This document shows, piece by piece, positions 57,780 through 64,000 of a stretch of 64,000 bases of DNA (positions within the stretch are counted from its first letter, which is position 1; every line of letters starts with the position of its first letter). The position numbers were made by a program, and so were the translations under genes. The notes beneath the pieces were generated by a model, which was not told the origin of the DNA, made no database searches, and worked only from the letters and a program-made list of their open reading frames with translations. Location of the stretch: positions 2,294,001-2,358,000 of the forward strand of contig OY740824.1 of assembly GCA_963514005.1 (NCBI GenBank), given 5' to 3'. The DNA is from Raja brachyura. Its lineage: Eukaryota.

Positions 57780-58780
57780 GTTCCATGAGTTATACTCCTC
57801 TTGCTTCATTTGTCATTGCATTCCGAAGATCTGCCGGAAAGCTACCGTCATTGCACTCCCAATACCAAACACGCCTGCGGCCGACCCACGGAAATAACGG
57901 CCCATCTCACTCCTCTGTGTCCCGTTCAGCTCCTCGAACGGATTCTCCTGGCCCGGCTCGTTCGCATCGTCGAACCCCAACTACCGCTGAACAATCCATA
58001 TTCCGTCGTGGACCTCGCACTACCCATCGAATAGTCAAGCTGACCAATTACATCGAAGACAGTTTGAATAATGGTCACAAGGCGGCGTCACACTGGTGGA
58101 CATGACCGCCGCCTACAATGCAGTGTAGCACCATGGCCTGAACTTGATGCTCTTCCGCACCATTCCTGGCCCTATTTAGTGCGTTCCTTGCCAACATCCA
58201 TGCCAACCGTAGTTTCGTCCTCAAGATCTGCGACGGACAATCTAGCCGACTGAAACGCCTATGAAACCGAGTCCCCCCAAGGCGCGGCATTGGCCCCCAT
58301 GCTATTTAATCTATATAGCAACAATCCGCAACGCACGACCTCGCGCCAATATGGGTACGCAGATGATCTGGCCCTACTGCGCTCGGACAGGAGTTGGTCA
58401 AACGTGGAGAATGCGGAAATGGAACGTCGCGGTTTATCTTAAAATCTGGAGACTAAAACTGAGTGTGGCAAAAACCACCACAACGGCCATTCACCTGACC
58501 AACAAGGAAGCCGAACGCTAGCTAATCGTCACCCTCAATGCGCCACCCCTGCCCTATGACCAATTTCCCACATACCTCAGGGTGAAACTAGATGAGCAGC
58601 TGACGTGCAAGCACCACCTTGACGCTCTGCGTACCAAGGTCTCGGCGAGGAACGTCCTCCTCGCTCGGCTGGATCGTCATGGGGCACCAGGACATCTACT
58701 CTCCGGTTCAGTGCTCTTGCACTGGCGAACAGTGCCGCTGAGTACGCCGCCACAGCATGGTGCAAGGTAGAGCTATCCTC
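57780..58780 (+). mobile_element. RTE-X-like LINE RT fragment
   Basis: RPISLLCVP, LLERILLARL, LTNYIEDS, VDMTAAY, PQG, YADDLALL across frames. Confidence 0.65.
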
Positions 58781-59514
58781 AAAGTTATTTTCGACTGCGG
58801 TGCCCTCCGCCCCCTGGTGGAGGGGTAGACCTCACGGCCAAAGACAGCAACACATTGAACTGGCTACAGCGCATTGCGGGCGTTACATACCCTCTGCTGC
58901 CTCATATGCAAGAATGAGTCGTACCCCGACGTACGTAACACCATCAGGACTACTCACCGTGTGCCACTCAATCAATGCTACTACAAATTGTGTCATTCCA
59001 TCTGTGCTATTTCCCAGTATGTCACTCCATTTTTACATCCCCACAGTGTGTCAGTCCCAGTAATACCCCACAATGATTCACTGCATCAGCACTACCCCAC
59101 AGTGTGTCACTCCATCAGTACCACGCCGATGTCGGTCACTCTATCAGGAATACCCTAGTGTCACTCCCTTAGTGCTACCATACATTTTCTCACATCATCA
59201 GAACCAAAGCCTGATACTACTTGAGAACCACACAACAATGTGTCACTCCATCAGTAATGCACCATAGTGTGTCACTCCATAAATAATACCCCACAATGTG
59301 TCACTTCTACAATTATCCCCCTCAGTGTGTTACTCCATCAATATTACACCCAGTGCGTCATTCCATCTGTATTATCAAACAGTGTATTACTCCATCAGTT
59401 CTACCCCACCCCGCGTGTCAGTCCAAAAGTGCTACCCTAGAGTGTCACTTCATCAGTACTTCCTCAAAGTGTGTCACTCCATCAGCACTTTCCCATTGTT
59501 TGTCACTCCATCAT

Positions 59515-59785
59515 AGAATCATAGAAAATAGGTGCAGGAGCAGGCCATTCGGCCCTTCGATCCTGTACCACCATTCAATATGATCATGGATAATCATCCA
59601 ATTCGGTATCCTGTACCTGCCTTCTCTCCATACCCCCTGATCCCTTTAGCCACAAGGGCCACATCTAACTCACTCTTAAATATAGCCAATGAACTGGCCT
59701 CAACTCCCTTCTGTGGCAGAGAATGCCACAGACTCACCACTCTCTGTGTGAAAAATGATCTTCTCATCTCGGTCGTAAAATACTC
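59515..59785 (-). mobile_element. CR1 3' end
   Basis: CATAGAAAATAGGTGCAGGAGCAGGCCATTCGG tail and 3'UTR. Confidence 0.85.
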
Positions 59786-59924
59786 CCCCCCTTATCCCGC
59801 AGTGTGTCACTCCATTAGAACTACCTCACAGGTTTTCACTCCATGAGTAGTACCCAACAGTGTGTCACTCCATCAGTACCATGCCCAGGTCTGTCACACC
59901 AATCAGGACCACCCTACAGACCGT

Positions 59925-61125
59925 GTAGCAAAATAACTGCAGATACTGGTTTAAATTGAAGCTAGACACAAAATGTTGGAGAAACTCAGCAGGACAGGCA
60001 GCATCTCTGGAACGCAGGAATGGCTGACGTTTCGAGACGAGATCATTCTTCTGACTGTTGTCAGGGGAATGGGCGGTACACTGATAAAATGTAATCGGAT
60101 ACAGTAAGAATGGTAGGAGATCTGGCAATGGGGGTGCAGAGAGAGAGGCTACTTGAAGTTAAATAAGTCAATGTTCATACTGCTTGGGTGTAACTAGATC
60201 AGCAAAATATGAGGTGCTGCCCCTCCCAATTGCGCTGTGCCTCACTCTGACAGCGAAGGAAGCCCAGGACAGAAAGGTCTGTTTGGAAATGGGAGGGGGA
60301 GTTAAAATTTTGAGCAACAGTTTGCCGTCACATATAACACATAAGCCTCCGACATTTTCACCACCACCAATGGGATCCTACTACTAGCCACATCTTCCCA
60401 GGCCCACCCCTATCTCTTTTGCACAAAGACCGTTCCCTCCGCTAGTCGCTGCACAACTCGTCCCTTCCCACCTAAACCACCCCCTCCCCAGGTACTTTCC
60501 CCTGCAACGACTGGAGATGAAGCACCTGTCCTTATACCTCCACCCTCGACTCCATCCAAAGACACCTACAGTCTTTTCAGGAGAGGCAGAGGTTCACTTG
60601 CACCTCAAACCTCATCTACTGTCTCCGCTGTTCCACGTGTTGGCATTGGTATATCGGCGAGATCATGTGCAGACTCGGCGATTGTTTCGTTGAACACATC
60701 CTCTCAATCTGCCTAATCCTACCTGATCTCCTTGTTGCTCAGCACTTTAATTCCCAGACGGACCTTTCTGTCCTGCGCCTCCTCCATTGTCAAAGTGAGG
60801 GCCAGCTCAAATTGGAGGAACAGCACCTCATGATACGCTTGGTAGCTTGAATCCCAGCGGTATAAAAATTTCCTTCATTAACTTCGTATCCCTTGCTATC
60901 CATCTTTCTCCATCCCTTCCCCATCCCAGTTTTCTACCACTCTTTCTTTCTCCGCCTATATTCTATCTCATTCCCGCCCACTCACAAATTGTCCTACAAC
61001 ATTAGGCTGTGCAGGCTATACGCAAGAAAAAGAAGTAGTCTGAAGAAGGGTCTCGACCCGAAACGTCACCTTTTCCTTCTCTCTAGAGATGCTGCCTGTT
61101 CCGCTGATTTACTCCAGCATTTTTG
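59925..61125. mobile_element. Penelope fragments in inverted arrangement (minus 59925-60320, plus 60330-61125)
   Basis: NLIYCLRCSTCWHWYIGE; terminal repeats at both ends. Confidence 0.8.
61040..61067 (+). ncRNA. Hammerhead-ribozyme-like motif
   Basis: CTGAAGAAGGGTCTCGACCCGAAACGTC, identical core to the other two intact copies. Confidence 0.6.
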
Positions 61126-62254
61126 TGTGTGTTCACCCAACCGAGTGTCACTCCATTCGTGCTGCCATGCATGTTATCACTTCATCAGTGCTACATTAGT
61201 ACCGTCCCACAATATGTCACCCCTTCAGTAATGAACCACAGTGTGTCACTCAATCAGCACTACCCAACATTGTGTCACTCCATTAATGCTCCCCCTAAGT
61301 GTATCACTCCGTCAATGTGTGTAATTGCATCTGTACATCCACACAGTGTATTAATCCAGCAGTACTACTCTACCCCTTGTGTCACTTCAAATGCATTACC
61401 CCAGAGTGTCACTCCATCAGTAATTCCCCAAAGTGTGTTACTTCATCAGTACTACTCATCCGTGTTATTCCATGAGTACTACCCCACAGTGTTTCCCTCC
61501 ATCAGTACTACCCTAGAATGTGTCACAACATCAGTACTACCCCGAAGAATGTCACTGCATCAGCACTACCCTGGAATATATAATTTCATGAGTACTACCC
61601 CACAGCGTGTGTCTCTCTACCTGTACCGCACCACAATGGGCCATTCCATAGGTACTTGCTCCAAGTGTCATTATTTCAGTACTGCCGCACAGTGTGCCAT
61701 TACATCAGTACTACCCGCGCTGTGTCACTTCATCAGTACTATTCCATCGTTTGGCACTCCATCTGTACGACCCTATTGTGCTTCACTCCATCGCACCAAC
61801 TGCAGTGTGTCCCTCCGTCAGTACTACTCCACTGTGTGTCACTCCGTAAATCCTGCGCCAATCACACAATAAATACTTCCGCACATTAGGTCACTACATC
61901 AGTACTACTCCGCAGGTTGTCATAACAACAGTACTACCGGACAGTGTGTCACTCCATCAGTACTGCCCCACACTGTGTCACTCCATAAGTACTACCCACA
62001 GAGTGTCATTGCATCAGTACTACCCCACAGTGCGTTGAACACCGCATGCAGCAGATAAGATTAGAGGTGGTGCAAGTGAACGTCTTTCTCACCTGGAAGG
62101 GATGCTGGAGTGTGAGGGAAGGGTATAAGGACAGCTGGTACATGCCAAGGTGGCTAACAGTTTTAACCCCTTTCTCCATTTTTATTTTTAAAAAATCCTC
62201 CTGGTATTTACCCACCAGTTTCATGGAGTAGGAAATGCCCTGGAAGTAAAATAA

Positions 62255-62397
62255 TTTACTTACCTGCGGGCCTGTTCCTTACCGCTGGTTGAGCTGCGCT
62301 CTGCAGCTCTTCTCCTACCGACAGCGTCGATGTAATGCCGATCATACGCCAGGCGGGGCTTCTTCACGAATTCACTCACGTGACTCCGAAGTAAAAT
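62255..62397 (-). mobile_element. DIRS left terminus (related subfamily)
   Basis: CACGTGACTCCGAAGTAAAAT and CTTACC donor motifs, as at 39260-39410. Confidence 0.65.
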
Positions 62398-63605
62398 GCA
62401 TACTATATGTGGTGGAGTCTATACTGAGAGAGACTAATATGGCTCATCTACAGAATATAAATCCAGTCGATCCATTCTTTCATCATTTATCAGTCAAGAC
62501 ATCCGGGGAATTAACCTTGTGAACCTACGCTGCATTCCCTGAAGAGCAAGATTTGCTATGTTAGGAATTGTCCTCCATTAGACTCCTATCTATCGGTAAT
62601 ATTTATGCCACCATAATCCCATTCAAACTCATCTCCAAGCTCCTGGACGTAGGAATCAGGCCCCCCACCCCCTTTGCCACTGGATCTAAAACTTTCAATC
62701 GTTGAAGACAGGTGACAGCATCTCATCCGAAAACAATCACCAACACTGGTGTTCCGCAAGGATGCGTTCTCGCTCTTCAAATACACTCCCTATACACATG
62801 ACAGCTAGGCCAAATATGGCTCTAATTTAATCAACATGTTTGTAAACGACAGCACTGTGGTCGGACGAATCACGACCAATAACGGAATGGAGTGCAGGAC
62901 ATAGTAAGATCAAACGATAACTTACTAGTTTGAAGTTTGATCTTCATTTTATGAGCAGTTACGATGATGGATTACCTGAAGAAGAAGCCCGCCAGCCCGC
63001 ATGCGCGTTAACCTTCCAAGCAGCGATGTGAAGTCACAGATAACTGTTGTTGAACTGAAGATTGTAAGATTCGAGAAACTAAAACTACCAGCTGACCTTT
63101 ATGGGGAGAGGGTTTGGAGCGGAGGGCACGTAATCCCTCATCGTTTCCTTTTAATAGGCCATTTTATTCTGATGCTATGATCACTGGTCCTAGACTCTCC
63201 CACTAGTGGAAACATCCTTTCGACATCCACTCTATCTAAGCCTTTCACCAGTATGTTTCAATGGACGTCACCCTCATTCTTCTCGAATATAGCGAGTACA
63301 GACCCAGCACCATCAAACGCTCATCGTCGGTATCAAAGTCAAACCCTTCAATAAGACTCGTGGACGACTTGATTGACCATCTGCGGTGAATTTATTTTAC
63401 TTGCACAAGGAGAGAAGTATCACAGCAAGGGCTGTGACCCCAACTCTAAAATTAATTTGGTACAGCAGGGCATTTGTACACCAAAATACATTTACTAAGG
63501 ACGTACAAGGGTGAGGTAGATTCATATGTAAATTACAGAATCTATACTTAACTTTTACATTAGACAATGGTCAAGACTCTCTCCCCCCCATTCCATCTCT
63601 GCTCC
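62397..63605. repeat. Segmental duplication: inverted copy of ~44020-44770 joined to direct copy of ~39690-40123
   Basis: Shares the LTR/CR1/Rex1/DIRS junction order and sequence; e.g. CTACAGAATATAAATCCAGTCGATCC is the reverse complement of ~44693-44718. Confidence 0.85.
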
Positions 63606-63783
63606 CATCTCTTTCCTCCCTCTCTATCTCTCCGCATCTCCCCATATCTCCCCCCCCCCCCTCACGCTCTCCTCTAAACTCTCTCACTATGTCCCCCTCT
63701 CTCTCCGCTATAGGAGGTATGGGAGAGGGAGAAGATGAGGAGTTGTGTAACACCTTCTCCCCCCCCCCCCCCCCTCCCCTCTC

Positions 63784-64000
63784 TGGTGGATCGACCTAAC
63801 TCACACACAGTTATTAAGATCCAAAGACTTTTATTAACAATACTGGAAAGGTAACTTCATCTTAACACACAGCTCAAGACTGGGAGAGAAAGGGAAATTT
63901 GATTTTCATTCAACCAGTGGGCGGAACCATTGTATGAGTCATAGCATGGGTGACACTGGTGTACATTCTCCCCCTTAAAGAATTAAATGTAAGTACAAAG
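63784..64000 (-). mobile_element. Probable 3' LTR plus PPT of another LTR retrotransposon, running off the window
   Basis: Ends TGTACA at ~63965 followed by TTCTCCCCCTT (minus-strand PPT), same layout as 17728; AATAAA on the minus strand at ~63830. Confidence 0.55.

Larger units (their letters stand above)
57430..62032. repeat. Degenerate 29-bp minisatellite, interrupted by several insertions
   Basis: Consensus AGTGTGTCACTCCATCAGTACTACCCCAC in blocks 57430-57700, 58940-59515, 59790-59925 and 61130-62032. Confidence 0.9.

Noticed and set aside
61123-61872. 249-aa Cys/His/Ser-rich ORF
   Set aside because: It is a translation of the 29-bp minisatellite cycling through frames; no domain and no splice context.

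Overview
Repeat-rich vertebrate genomic DNA, very likely a cartilaginous fish (skate/ray-type). This is inferred from HE1/V-SINEs, CR1 LINEs with (CTATGTTT)n-type tails, Penelope elements and the NLR type. The one host gene is a spliced NACHT-LRR (NLR) immune receptor on the + strand (3077-13119, 9 exons in window, 5' exon(s) missing). All splice phases join into one 943-codon frame broken by a single TGA at 9724. Its LRRs are a tandem array of ~326-bp intron+exon cassettes with near-identical introns and variable surface codons. A probable NLR N-terminal exon lies inverted and orphaned at 15333-15463. The rest is a nested transposon archive: a very young Gypsy (Mag-type) element (identical 203-bp LTRs, 5-bp TSD) inside a CR1; two decayed relatives; a DIRS tyrosine-recombinase element within a three-copy segmental duplication; Penelope fragments carrying hammerhead-ribozyme-like motifs; Tc1, BEL/Pao, L1, RTE, RTE-X and Rex1 fragments; 29-bp and ~59-bp tandem arrays; and two N gaps. 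Boundaries of decayed repeats are approximate, and family assignments come from motif recognition, not database searches.
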